Source of the DNA: an uncultured Acetobacteraceae bacterium
GTDB taxonomy: Bacteria; Pseudomonadota; Alphaproteobacteria; Acetobacterales; Acetobacteraceae
Assembly: GCA_964235485.1 (NCBI GenBank)
Contig: CAXSAZ010000019.1
Location: forward strand, 8,984 to 72,983
Reading direction: 5' to 3'
Length of the DNA stretch: 64,000 nucleotides
The position numbers were made by a program, and so were the translations under genes. Below the pieces are notes generated by a model. The model was not told where the DNA came from. It saw nothing but the letters and a program-made list of their open reading frames with translations, and did no database searches. This document shows, in pieces, positions 28,189-36,791 of the stretch (position 1 is the stretch's first letter; every line of letters starts with the position of its first letter).

Positions 28189-28336
28189 GGGCGGCCTCCT
28201 CCGTGGCGTCGCAATCAACCGCCCCCATCAGCACGGCGGGCAGGAGTTCTTGCGCCGGGCAGGGCGGGAGCCGCTGCGTCGTCAGTGTTGGATACTACCC
28301 GTGGAAGCGCGCCGCGTCACTGGGTCAGCATCCCCG

Positions 28337-29110
28337 TCACGCCCCCCGCACGTCCGTGCCCCAGCGGCGATGCAGGAAGCGTTCCCACGGCGCGAACAGC
28401 ACCTTGTCGGCCAGCAGCCCGATCAGCACGATGACCAGCATCACCGCGACCACCTGCTCCATGGCGTTCAGCTCCCGCCCGTAATGCAGGAGCTGACCCA
28501 GGCCGAAGCCGCTGAGAATGGTCACGTAGATCTCGGCCGCCATCAGCGAGCGCCAGGCAAACGCCCAGCCCTGCTTCATGCCGCTGACCAGGAAAGGCAG
28601 CGACGCCGGCAGGATCACCCGCGTCCAGCGGTGGAAGCCCGCCGACCCCATGGTCCGCGCCGCGCGGGCGTAAACGGTGGGGATGCTGCGCGCGCCCGTG
28701 TCGGTCGCGATCATCACGGACCAGGTGGTGCCCATGACCACCACGAACAGCATCGCGCCCTCGCTCTGGCCGAACCACAGCAGAGCGAGCGGGATCCAGC
28801 ACACGCTGGGCAGCGTTTGCAGCCCGAGCGCCAGCACGCCCACCGTGTCCTCCACGACCTCCCACGTACTGGACAGCAGGCCCAGCGGCAGCCCGATGGC
28901 GACGCCCATGGCGTAGCCGACCAGCAGCCGGCGCAGCGTCACCCCCGTGGCTTCCAGCAGGCTCCCGTCCGCCAGCGCCGCACCGAGATACTCGGCCACG
29001 CTGCCCGGCGACGGCAGCAGCACCGGCGACCAACGCCCGCTCCAGGACATGGCCTGCCACGCCGCGACGAGGCCGGCGAAGAACAGCGCGGCGACCAGCA
29101 CGCGCCTCAC
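28337..29110 (-). CDS. ABC transporter permease (SsuC/TauC-like)
   Basis: LQTLPSVCW, YARAARTMG (EAA loop), AWRSLMAAE; GTG start overlaps the upstream stop. Confidence 0.88.
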   Translation of the reverse strand: MRRVLVAALFFAGLVAAWQAMSWSGRWSPVLLPSPGSVAEYLGAALADGSLLEATGVTLRRLLVGYAMGVAIGLPLGLLSSTWEVVEDTVGVLALGLQTLPSVCWIPLALLWFGQSEGAMLFVVVMGTTWSVMIATDTGARSIPTVYARAARTMGSAGFHRWTRVILPASLPFLVSGMKQGWAFAWRSLMAAEIYVTILSGFGLGQLLHYGRELNAMEQVVAVMLVIVLIGLLADKVLFAPWERFLHRRWGTDVRGA

Positions 29111-29916
29111 AGCATCGCGTCCGGCGTGTAGTAGCTTTTCAGCGCCGCGGTGATGCGCGACGCATAGCCGGACAGCTCGGCGCCGTTGATGTCGCGGGGG
29201 CGGGGCAGGGGGATGTCGAACACCTCGCGCAACTGCCCGGGGTGGGGGGAGAACAGCACCACCCGGTCGGCCAGGCAAACCGCCTCCCGCACGTTGTGGG
29301 TGACGAGCAGGATGGTCTTGCGCCGGGTCCGCCAGATCTCCTGCAGGTCGTCGTAAAGCTGCTCGCGGGTGAGGGCGTCGAGCGCCGAGAACGGCTCGTC
29401 CATCAGCAGCATCCGCGGGTCGGGAGCGAGCGCGCGGGCCAGCGCCACGCGCTGGCGCATCCCGCCGGACAGCTCGTGCACGTTGGCGCGGGCGAAGCGT
29501 TCCAGCTTGACCAGGCGCAGGTGCTCCATCGCCCTCTCGACCCGCTGGCGGCGTCCGAGGCCCGGCACCAGCCTCAGCCCGAACAGCACGTTGCCGAGCG
29601 CATCGAGCCAGGGGAACAGGGCAGACTCCTGGAACATGACCAGCCGGTGCCGCTCCGGCCCCGTGACGGGCACGCCGTCCGCCTCGACCCGGCCCGCGTC
29701 CGGCTTGGTCAGCCCGGCCACGATGTCGAGCAGGGTCGATTTGCCGCATCCGCTCGGGCCGACCAGGCAGACGAACTCGCCGGGCTGCACGTGCAGGCTC
29801 ACGTCGTCGAGGGCGTGGACGCTGTCCCGGCGCGTGCGGAACCATTTGGACACGCCCTCGACGAGCAGCTCGCCCAGGCGCTCGTCCCCAAGCGGCGCGG
29901 TGTTGGCCGCCGGCAT
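29107..29916 (-). CDS. ABC transporter ATP-binding protein (SsuB/TauB-like)
   Basis: [27 protein letters not shown]. Confidence 0.93.
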   Translation of the reverse strand: MPAANTAPLGDERLGELLVEGVSKWFRTRRDSVHALDDVSLHVQPGEFVCLVGPSGCGKSTLLDIVAGLTKPDAGRVEADGVPVTGPERHRLVMFQESALFPWLDALGNVLFGLRLVPGLGRRQRVERAMEHLRLVKLERFARANVHELSGGMRQRVALARALAPDPRMLLMDEPFSALDALTREQLYDDLQEIWRTRRKTILLVTHNVREAVCLADRVVLFSPHPGQLREVFDIPLPRPRDINGAELSGYASRITAALKSYYTPDAML

Positions 29917-29929
29917 GTCCAAGGCCACG

Positions 29930-30940
29930 CTAAGGTTTCTCGACCAGGCGGGACAGGTCGGGCGCCGTGCGCAGGAAGCCGGCGTCCTTGGCCTTCGCGA
30001 CGAAGCCTTCCAGCGCATCGCGCGACACGGACGGGGTGAGCACGATCCGGGACCAGGCGCGCGCGATCAGCTCGGGCTTGACCTCCGTGCGCGTTTGCGC
30101 CGCCAGTTCCTCGCGCGCAAGCCGCTGCGCGTCCTCGGGGTTGGCCACCATCCACGCCGTCAGCTCCTCGTGCGCCGCGACGAAGCGCCGGGCGAGGTCG
30201 CGCCGTTCCCGGAGGAGCTTGGCGCTGGAGGCGAGCACGGTGGTCACGGACTCTCGTTCCTCCACGAGCACCTGGCCGCCCGCCTCCATTTCCAGGCGCG
30301 TCACCCAAGGCTCGACGGTCCACACCGCGTCCAGTTGCCGGCGCCCGAACAGCGCGAGCTGGTCCGGGTTGGCGGTGGGGATCACCTGGGCGTCGCCGCC
30401 GGTCGGCGTGACGCGCAGGCCCCCGGCGGTGAGCCAGGCGCGGGCGGCCACGTCCTGGGTGTTGCCGAGCTGGGGGGTCGCGATCCGCTTGCCCCGGAAG
30501 TCGGCCGGCCCCCGCAGCCCGGCGTCCGGCTGCACGACCAGGGCCGCGCCCCCTTCAACCGCGCCGGCGACGATGCGGATGTCCTCGCCGCGCGCCTTGG
30601 CGTAGGCGTTGATTGCCGGGCTGGGGCCGACATAGGTGAGGTCGATGCTGTCGGCGAAGATCGCCTCCATCGCGCTTGGCCCGGCGTTGTAGGTGAACCA
30701 GTCCAGCCTCACGCCCGGACCGAGGCGCTGCTCGAACCAGCCCTGGCCCCGGCGCGCCATCCCGCGTGCGACGAGGGCTTGGACGTGGGTGATGTTCGGG
30801 AAGTGGCCGATCCGGAGCGTGGCGGCCTGGGCGGAGGCCGCCGGGCCGAGGCCCGGGGCGGCCAGCAGCGCCAGGCCCAGCGCGAGGCAGGCGCGGCGGC
30901 CACGGCGCGGCGCGGGGAGCTGCCCGTTTGATCGGGTCAT
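29930..30940 (-). CDS. ABC transporter substrate-binding protein (SsuA-like)
   Basis: Signal-peptide-like N-terminus, GHFPNITH, FTYNAGPSAMEA, IATPQLGNTQD; start uncertain. Confidence 0.88.
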   Translation of the reverse strand: MTRSNGQLPAPRRGRRACLALGLALLAAPGLGPAASAQAATLRIGHFPNITHVQALVARGMARRGQGWFEQRLGPGVRLDWFTYNAGPSAMEAIFADSIDLTYVGPSPAINAYAKARGEDIRIVAGAVEGGAALVVQPDAGLRGPADFRGKRIATPQLGNTQDVAARAWLTAGGLRVTPTGGDAQVIPTANPDQLALFGRRQLDAVWTVEPWVTRLEMEAGGQVLVEERESVTTVLASSAKLLRERRDLARRFVAAHEELTAWMVANPEDAQRLAREELAAQTRTEVKPELIARAWSRIVLTPSVSRDALEGFVAKAKDAGFLRTAPDLSRLVEKP

Positions 30941-31571
30941 GCCGTTGTCATGCGATGGGCGCATCGGACCTCCATGGGGACGAGTGATGCCGGGGGCGGC
31001 GTGGTGCCTCCCCATCTCGGTCAAGACCTTTGCCGTGCCGCCTCCATGCTGTCGATACAGTCTTCGTGGAACCCGCGGCCAGCCGGGCGCAGCGCGTCGC
31101 GCCGCGGGTCGAGGCTTTGGTGGTCGGTGGGTATGCGAGCATAGCCGATCGGCATGGCGCCTCAGTGGTCAGGGAACCCGTCCAGGCCGAAAGAACTGGG
31201 CCGTAGGAAGTATGGCCGGGTTCCATGCCGGAGGTCGAGCCGTAAATGCCCGCGTCCGGAGCGGGGGCCGGCTCGGGGCCGGGAGCGGCCGTTTGCCTTC
31301 CCCGGCCCGGCCCTTGGTTGCACTGTGCAATAAAAACCACATGCGGGAGAAAACCGCCTTTCCCTGCATGGACGTCCCCTGCCGCATTGCAGCCATCAAT
31401 CCCAGCCTATGCTAACAAGCGGTCACATGAACAACTCTGCAGCGACCCGCGCCGACGAGCGCGTCGGGAAAGCTTTGCCGAGCGGCTTGGGGCGGCGCAA
31501 CTCCGCATGGAAGTAACGATCACGATAAAGTTAGCGATCACATAATCGGCAAGTCAGCTTAAGTGAGCAGT

Positions 31572-31594
31572 AACAGGCGTTTAAACGCCCTGTT
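31572..31594. promoter_or_regulatory. Near-perfect palindrome, candidate operator
   Basis: AACAGGCGTTT|AAACGCC(C)TGTT, ~75 bp upstream of the 31668 start. Confidence 0.5.
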
Positions 31595-31667
31595 TCCGAC
31601 ACAATCAGTCTTCAATCTTCCGCGGCGTTGAGGATCGTCTTTGGCGAGTCCTTCAAGGGTGTCAGTC

Positions 31668-33167
31668 ATGTGGAAACAGGGCCAGTATCTTCGCCTAGTG
31701 ATCGTTGGGGGTGGACCTGCTGGTCTTGCCCCGCTTCTGGCGGCGCACCGTGCTGGCGAACTCGGCGCCCTGCTCGACGAGGGGGTGGCCGTCGTTGAGC
31801 AGTCCGCGCGCCTGGGATCTGGCTCGATCGGCGGCTATGCCATCAACTCGGACAGCAGCGGCCGCACCTTTGTCGATTGCCTGCTGGGCCACGAGGACAC
31901 CGCGCTGACGCGGCTTGCGGACCATCCTCTGACCCGGCGGCTGGCCGATGCGGGGGACGGCACCGTGGCGCTGCGCGACGCCGGGCAGTTCCTGGGGCTG
32001 GTGGGCGAGGCGATGGGCCGGATGTTCGCGGAATACCCCGCGAGCCGCGTCCTGACAACCCACCACGCCATCTCCGTCACGCGGACCGCCGGCGGCTGGA
32101 GCGTCCGCGTCCGCGACCTGGCCACGGGCGCCGAGCAAGCGTTGCTGACACGGCACGTCGTGCTGGCGACCGGCGCGGAGCAGCCGGTCGAACGCTTGGC
32201 GGCGGAAACGGTGGCCGGCGTCAACCTCGTGCAGCGCTGCGCCGGACGCCTGCTGCAATCGGGCGACGTGCTGTCCACTGGCGGGCTTGAGCGCGTGGCG
32301 GGCCTGCTGGCGGCCAAGCCCGACCCCCAGGTGGTGATCGTGGGCGGATCAACCAGCGCCGCTTCCGTCGCCCACGCCCTGCTGCACCGCCTGCCGGGGG
32401 TCCGGTTCGGCGCGGGCGGCGTCACCCTGATGCACCGCCGCGAGCTGCGCATCTACTACCCGGACCGCGCCTCGGCCCTCGCGGACGACTACACCGAGTG
32501 GACGGAGGACGACGTTTGCCCGATCAGCGGCAAGGTGTTCCGGTTCGCCGGGTTCCGGCTGGATGCGCGGGAGCTGGTCATGCAGGCGCGCGGCATCGGC
32601 GGCCGACCTCCGGAGCCGCGGGTCCGCCTGCACCGGCTCGGCGCCTCGCGCAAATCGCCTGATGGCTCGCCGAAACGCGAAGTCACCGAATCGCCGGAAC
32701 CCGAAGGGTTTGCGGCTGGTTTCGCTGACGACGCGGGTGCCGTGCGGCTGCTGGACGGGGCCGCCCTGGTGATCGCCGCCCTGGGTTACCGGCCCCGGGC
32801 GTTGCCGGTGTACGGCCACAACGGGCAACCGGTCACGCTGCTGTCGCAGACCGGGCCGCAGCAGCCCTTGGTGGACGGCCAGTGCCGGGTGCTGGACGGC
32901 GACGGGCGGCCCGTGCCTGGCTTGTTCGGGATCGGCCTCGGCGCCGGCTTCGTGCCGCGCGGCCGTTTGGGCGGGGAAGCGAGCTTCCGCGGCCAGGCCA
33001 ACGGCCTTTGGCTGTGGCAGCACGATGTCGGCTCGCTGATCATCGACGCCGTGATGCGGCCGTTCGGCGCCGCCTTGGCGCTGCCGGACGGCCTGCTGTG
33101 CCGGGCGCCCAGGCTTGCGCCCAGCCTCGCGCCCAGCCTTGCCGCCGCCGTCGTCGAGGAGGTTTAA
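31668..33167 (+). CDS. FAD/NAD(P)-binding oxidoreductase of unknown function, with an internal repeat-element insertion
   Basis: IVGGGPAG, VVLATGA, VIVGGSTSA, LFGIGL motifs. Confidence 0.75.
   Translation: MWKQGQYLRLVIVGGGPAGLAPLLAAHRAGELGALLDEGVAVVEQSARLGSGSIGGYAINSDSSGRTFVDCLLGHEDTALTRLADHPLTRRLADAGDGTVALRDAGQFLGLVGEAMGRMFAEYPASRVLTTHHAISVTRTAGGWSVRVRDLATGAEQALLTRHVVLATGAEQPVERLAAETVAGVNLVQRCAGRLLQSGDVLSTGGLERVAGLLAAKPDPQVVIVGGSTSAASVAHALLHRLPGVRFGAGGVTLMHRRELRIYYPDRASALADDYTEWTEDDVCPISGKVFRFAGFRLDARELVMQARGIGGRPPEPRVRLHRLGASRKSPDGSPKREVTESPEPEGFAAGFADDAGAVRLLDGAALVIAALGYRPRALPVYGHNGQPVTLLSQTGPQQPLVDGQCRVLDGDGRPVPGLFGIGLGAGFVPRGRLGGEASFRGQANGLWLWQHDVGSLIIDAVMRPFGAALALPDGLLCRAPRLAPSLAPSLAAAVVEEV
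32649..32727 (+). repeat. CG-flanked short interspersed element, copy 1 (in frame in the oxidoreductase)
   Basis: CG|CGCAAATCGCC-TGAT-GGCTCGCCGAAACGCG-28 nt-GTTTGCGGCTGGTTTCGCTG|ACG; encodes RKSPDGSPKREVTESPEPEGFAAGFA. Confidence 0.8.
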
Positions 33168-33169
33168 CC

Positions 33170-34489
33170 GTGGCAGTGCCCCTGATCCGCCCAAGCCCGC
33201 CGCCTTTGAGCCAGGCCGCCGCGCGGCTCCGCGAGATCGAGGACAGCGGGGTATTCAGCAACTTCGGCCCCGTCAACACCCGGCTTGAGCACGACATGGT
33301 TGCCCGCCTGTTCGGCGGCGAAGGCGCCTGCGTGGCCGTGTGCAACGCCACGATCGGGCTGATGCTTGCGGTGCAGCAGGCCATCGGCGCCCCGCGCAAA
33401 CCGCGGAGGACGCGCTACGCGCTGATGCCTTCCTTCACCTTTGCCGCTGCCGCCCAGGCCGCCCTGTGGTGCGGGCTCGTGCCGTTGTTCTGCGACATCG
33501 ACCCGGAAACCTGGACCGCCTGCGCCGCCGACGAGGAGCGGCTGCTCGCCCGTTACGGCAGCGACATCGCCGTCGTCATGCCGTACGCCACCTTCGGCTA
33601 CGACCTTGACCTTTCGCGCTACGCGGCGCTGACCCGGCGCCATGGCGTGCCCGTGGTGGTGGACGCCGCCGCCTCGCTCGGCACGGCGTCGGCTGACGGG
33701 CGCGGGTTCGGGACCGGGTTCACCGGCTCGGTCGTTTACTCGATGCACGCCACCAAGTCGTTCTCGACCGGCGAGGGCGGCATCGTTTACAGCGCAAACC
33801 CGGACACGGTGGCGCGGCTACGGCAGATGTGCAATTTCGGGTTCGCAGCGAAACCAGCCGCAAACGCCCCGCGTTTCGGCGAGCCGACCGGCGATTTGCG
33901 CGGCCAGTCCGCTGGGAGCGCTGCTCCGCAGCCGCGGACGGCGATCATGCCCGGCCTGAACGGCAAGCTCAGCGAGGTGGGCGCGCTGCTGGCGCATCTC
34001 CGCCTGGACGGGTATCACGAGGTCCTGTCGCACCGGGCGGCCCTGATGCGCGGCTACCGGGAGGCCTTGCCGGAGCTGACCTACCAGCCGGAGCTGCCGG
34101 GCACGCAGGCGCATCAGTTCGCGCCCGGGCTGCTGCCCCCGGCGCTGGCGCCCTTGCGCGGCGAGATCGCGGCGGCGCTGGCCGAACAAGGCATCGGCTC
34201 CGCCACCTATTTCAGCCCCCATCTGGCGCAGCAGGACTACTTCGCCGAGCATGGGGTCGGCGGCGCGCTGCCGGTGACGGACGACGTGGCCAGCCGCATC
34301 GTCAGCCTGCCGCTGTTCGACAGCATGACCCCGTTGAACCTGGTGGAAGTGACCACCGCCGTGCGGCGGGAGCTGACGCGGGCGGCGCGGACGGTCCGCC
34401 GCCGCGCGTCCCGCCGCGCCGGGCCACCGGCGCTGCCGCCCGTGCTGGCCCAGCACGCTCCGCTTGATCGAACGCCTGCGCAGACCTGA
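33170..34489 (+). CDS. DegT/DnrJ/EryC1/StrS PLP-dependent aminotransferase
   Basis: NFGP, VCNATIGL, PSFTFAA, VDAAASLG, YSMHATKSFSTGEGG, NGKLSE; GGAGG RBS and GTG start. Confidence 0.9.
   Translation: MAVPLIRPSPPPLSQAAARLREIEDSGVFSNFGPVNTRLEHDMVARLFGGEGACVAVCNATIGLMLAVQQAIGAPRKPRRTRYALMPSFTFAAAAQAALWCGLVPLFCDIDPETWTACAADEERLLARYGSDIAVVMPYATFGYDLDLSRYAALTRRHGVPVVVDAAASLGTASADGRGFGTGFTGSVVYSMHATKSFSTGEGGIVYSANPDTVARLRQMCNFGFAAKPAANAPRFGEPTGDLRGQSAGSAAPQPRTAIMPGLNGKLSEVGALLAHLRLDGYHEVLSHRAALMRGYREALPELTYQPELPGTQAHQFAPGLLPPALAPLRGEIAAALAEQGIGSATYFSPHLAQQDYFAEHGVGGALPVTDDVASRIVSLPLFDSMTPLNLVEVTTAVRRELTRAARTVRRRASRRAGPPALPPVLAQHAPLDRTPAQT
33846..33900 (-). repeat. Same element, copy 2 (inverted, in frame in the aminotransferase)
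   Basis: Reverse complement reads CG|CGCAAATCGCC-GGTC-GGCTCGCCGAAACGCG-GGGC-GTTTGCGGCTGGTTTCGCTG|CG; 55 bp + CG = 57 bp. Confidence 0.82.
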
Positions 34490-34505
34490 CGAAGAAGGCC
34501 CTGGA

Positions 34506-35450
34506 ATGCGCTACGCCGTGATCTTTAAGACCTATGCGTGGGATGCGTTCGTGCATCGCCAGGCATCCCGCTGCGAGGCAGCGGCGGGTCCGGGCGACTT
34601 CTTCGTCTCAATCGACGAAACCAACGGCCCCGTCGGCCCGGTCCCGTTCGGCCGCGTGCACCGCACCAGCAACGCCGAGATCACCGCCTCGGGGTTCGCC
34701 GACCGGTTCGAGAAGGGGTCGCTGATTTGGTGGAACCCGGACTACGTGCACTACCATTTCGCGGAACGGCATCCTGGGTACGACTACTACGTGTTCGTGG
34801 AGTACGACGCCGTGGTTCGGACCAGCATCGGGCGCATGGTCGAGCAGATGGCGGCACGGCAGGTGGATCTGGTTGATCTTCCCCGGCGCACGCCCAAGCA
34901 GGACTGGTTCTGGACCCTTTACCATCGGCAAACCTATGCGTTCGAGGAGCTGCAGGGTTCGTTGATCTGCGTGACGGCGTTCTCCTGCCGCGCGCTTCGA
35001 TTGTTGGCCCGGCGGCGGCGGGAGATGGCGGGGGATCGCGCCGTCCGCTTCTGGCCGATGGCGGAGGTGTTCATCCCGACCGAGATCGCCCGGGCCGGCC
35101 TTCATTCCATGTCCCTGGCCGAGTTCGCCCCCGTGGACCAATACCAATGGTTCCCGCCGGTCCTGGAAGACGACCTGGCCGGCGCGGGCGGGGACGCTTT
35201 TCTGCATCCCGTGCTCGACCGGGACCGCTACGTCGCGGCGATGCTGAAATCGACCGCCCGGTTCCGAAGCTTCCTGTATCCCCGAAGCCGGATGTGGCAA
35301 TCGCTCCTGCGGTTTCCCAAGCACGAATACCTGCCCATGCTGTACGGCGCGGCGTATCGCCGGCTGCGCATGAGCCTCAAGGAGAAGGTGCAGATCCGGC
35401 GGCTGCGGCGCATGGTCGCCCCCATGGGCGGCGAACCAACGCGGCAATAA
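34506..35450 (+). CDS. Hypothetical protein, possibly glycosyltransferase-like
   Basis: 314-aa ORF; YDYYVFVEYDAV resembles a DxD-type motif after a beta strand; operonic with the DegT gene. Confidence 0.6.
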   Translation: MRYAVIFKTYAWDAFVHRQASRCEAAAGPGDFFVSIDETNGPVGPVPFGRVHRTSNAEITASGFADRFEKGSLIWWNPDYVHYHFAERHPGYDYYVFVEYDAVVRTSIGRMVEQMAARQVDLVDLPRRTPKQDWFWTLYHRQTYAFEELQGSLICVTAFSCRALRLLARRRREMAGDRAVRFWPMAEVFIPTEIARAGLHSMSLAEFAPVDQYQWFPPVLEDDLAGAGGDAFLHPVLDRDRYVAAMLKSTARFRSFLYPRSRMWQSLLRFPKHEYLPMLYGAAYRRLRMSLKEKVQIRRLRRMVAPMGGEPTRQ

Positions 35451-35457
35451 GGCGGCG

Positions 35458-35495
35458 GGCTCGCCGAAACGCGCAACGTTTGCGGCTGGGTTTGC
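35458..35495 (+). repeat. Same element, partial intergenic copy
   Basis: GGCTCGCCGAAACGCG-CAAC-GTTTGCGGCTGG core; terminal motifs degenerate. Confidence 0.72.
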
Positions 35496-35582
35496 CTACC
35501 TGGGCGGCAGCGAAGCCCCGGCTCCGGTCGCGCCCGTGCCGGTCCCGTGCTTTCTTCCCTCCAACAGGCTTGGAGGGACGCC

Positions 35583-36710
35583 ATGGACGCGAGCTACCAG
35601 TTCGGCATCGAGGAGGAGTATTTCCTGGCGGACGCTGCCACGCGCGGCACGCCGCGGCGCCGGGTTGCGGCGTTCCACGCGGCGGCCCAGGCCCGCCTGC
35701 CGGCGGCGGAGCGCGAGCTGCTGCAATCGCAGATCGAGGTTTCGTCGGAGCCGTCCATCAGCTTCGAGAGCACGCGCGAGGCGTTGGGCGCGCTGCGCGC
35801 CGGGTTGGCGGAGGTCGGCCGCGACCATGGCGTCCTGGTGCTCGCGGCCGGCACCCACCCGGTGGCCCGCTGGTCGCGCCAAAGCCAAACGCCCAAAGGG
35901 CGCTACGACGAGATCATGGCAAAGACCCGGATCACCGGGCGGCGCAGCGTGGTGTGCGGTATGCACGTCCACGTGGAGGTGCCCCGGCCCGAGGCGCGCA
36001 TCGATCTGATGAACCGGCTGCTGCCCGCCATGCCGCTGCTGCTGGCGCTGTCCGCGTCCTCGCCGTTCTGGCAAGGGCGGGCGACGGGGATGGCGGCCTA
36101 CCGCATGTCGGTGTTCGGCGAGATGCCGCGCTCCGGGCTGCCGGACCTGTTCGACGGGCCGGAGGACTACGCGCGCTACGTGGACGCCATGACCCGGGCC
36201 GGGTCCATCGCGGACGCGAGCTTCCTGTGGTGGACGCTGCGCCCGTCCATACGCTACCCGACGCTGGAATTGCGGGTGGCGGATAGCTGCACGCTGCTGG
36301 CGCACACGCTGGCCATCGCCGCGCTGTACCGCTGCCTGGTGCGCCTCGCGGACCGGCGGCCCGAATGGAACCGGGGCCTGACCGGCGCGTCCCGCGCCCT
36401 CGTTGCGGAGAACCTGTGGCGCGCGCAGAGCGACGGGGTGCGCGCCGAGCTGATCGACGTGTTCACCGGCGAGGCGCGGCCCTTTGCGGCCTGCCTCGGT
36501 ACGGTGCTGGAGGAGGTGGCGGAGGACGCCGACGCCCTGGGCTGCGCCGGCGAGGCGGCGGCGGCGCGGGACATCGTGGCCGGCGGCACCAGCGCGGACC
36601 GGCAGGCCGCCGCCTTTCACGCGGCGCGCGGGCGCGGCCTGGACGAGCGCGAAGCGACCGGCGCCGTCGTGGACTGGCTCGCCCGGGCGACGGCGGGCGT
36701 CGAGGCGTGA
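35583..36710 (+). CDS. ybdK: Carboxylate-amine ligase (YbdK/GCS2 family)
   Basis: FGIEEEYFL, ELLQSQIE, CGMHVHV, SSPFW, WWTLRPS..YPTLELRVAD. Confidence 0.9.
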   Translation: MDASYQFGIEEEYFLADAATRGTPRRRVAAFHAAAQARLPAAERELLQSQIEVSSEPSISFESTREALGALRAGLAEVGRDHGVLVLAAGTHPVARWSRQSQTPKGRYDEIMAKTRITGRRSVVCGMHVHVEVPRPEARIDLMNRLLPAMPLLLALSASSPFWQGRATGMAAYRMSVFGEMPRSGLPDLFDGPEDYARYVDAMTRAGSIADASFLWWTLRPSIRYPTLELRVADSCTLLAHTLAIAALYRCLVRLADRRPEWNRGLTGASRALVAENLWRAQSDGVRAELIDVFTGEARPFAACLGTVLEEVAEDADALGCAGEAAAARDIVAGGTSADRQAAAFHAARGRGLDEREATGAVVDWLARATAGVEA

Positions 36711-36791
36711 GCGGGCCTCTGACCCGGCCGTCACGACGAAGGGCACGGCGCACATGAGGGCGGTTCAGGCCGTGCAGGAATGGAAGCGCCC

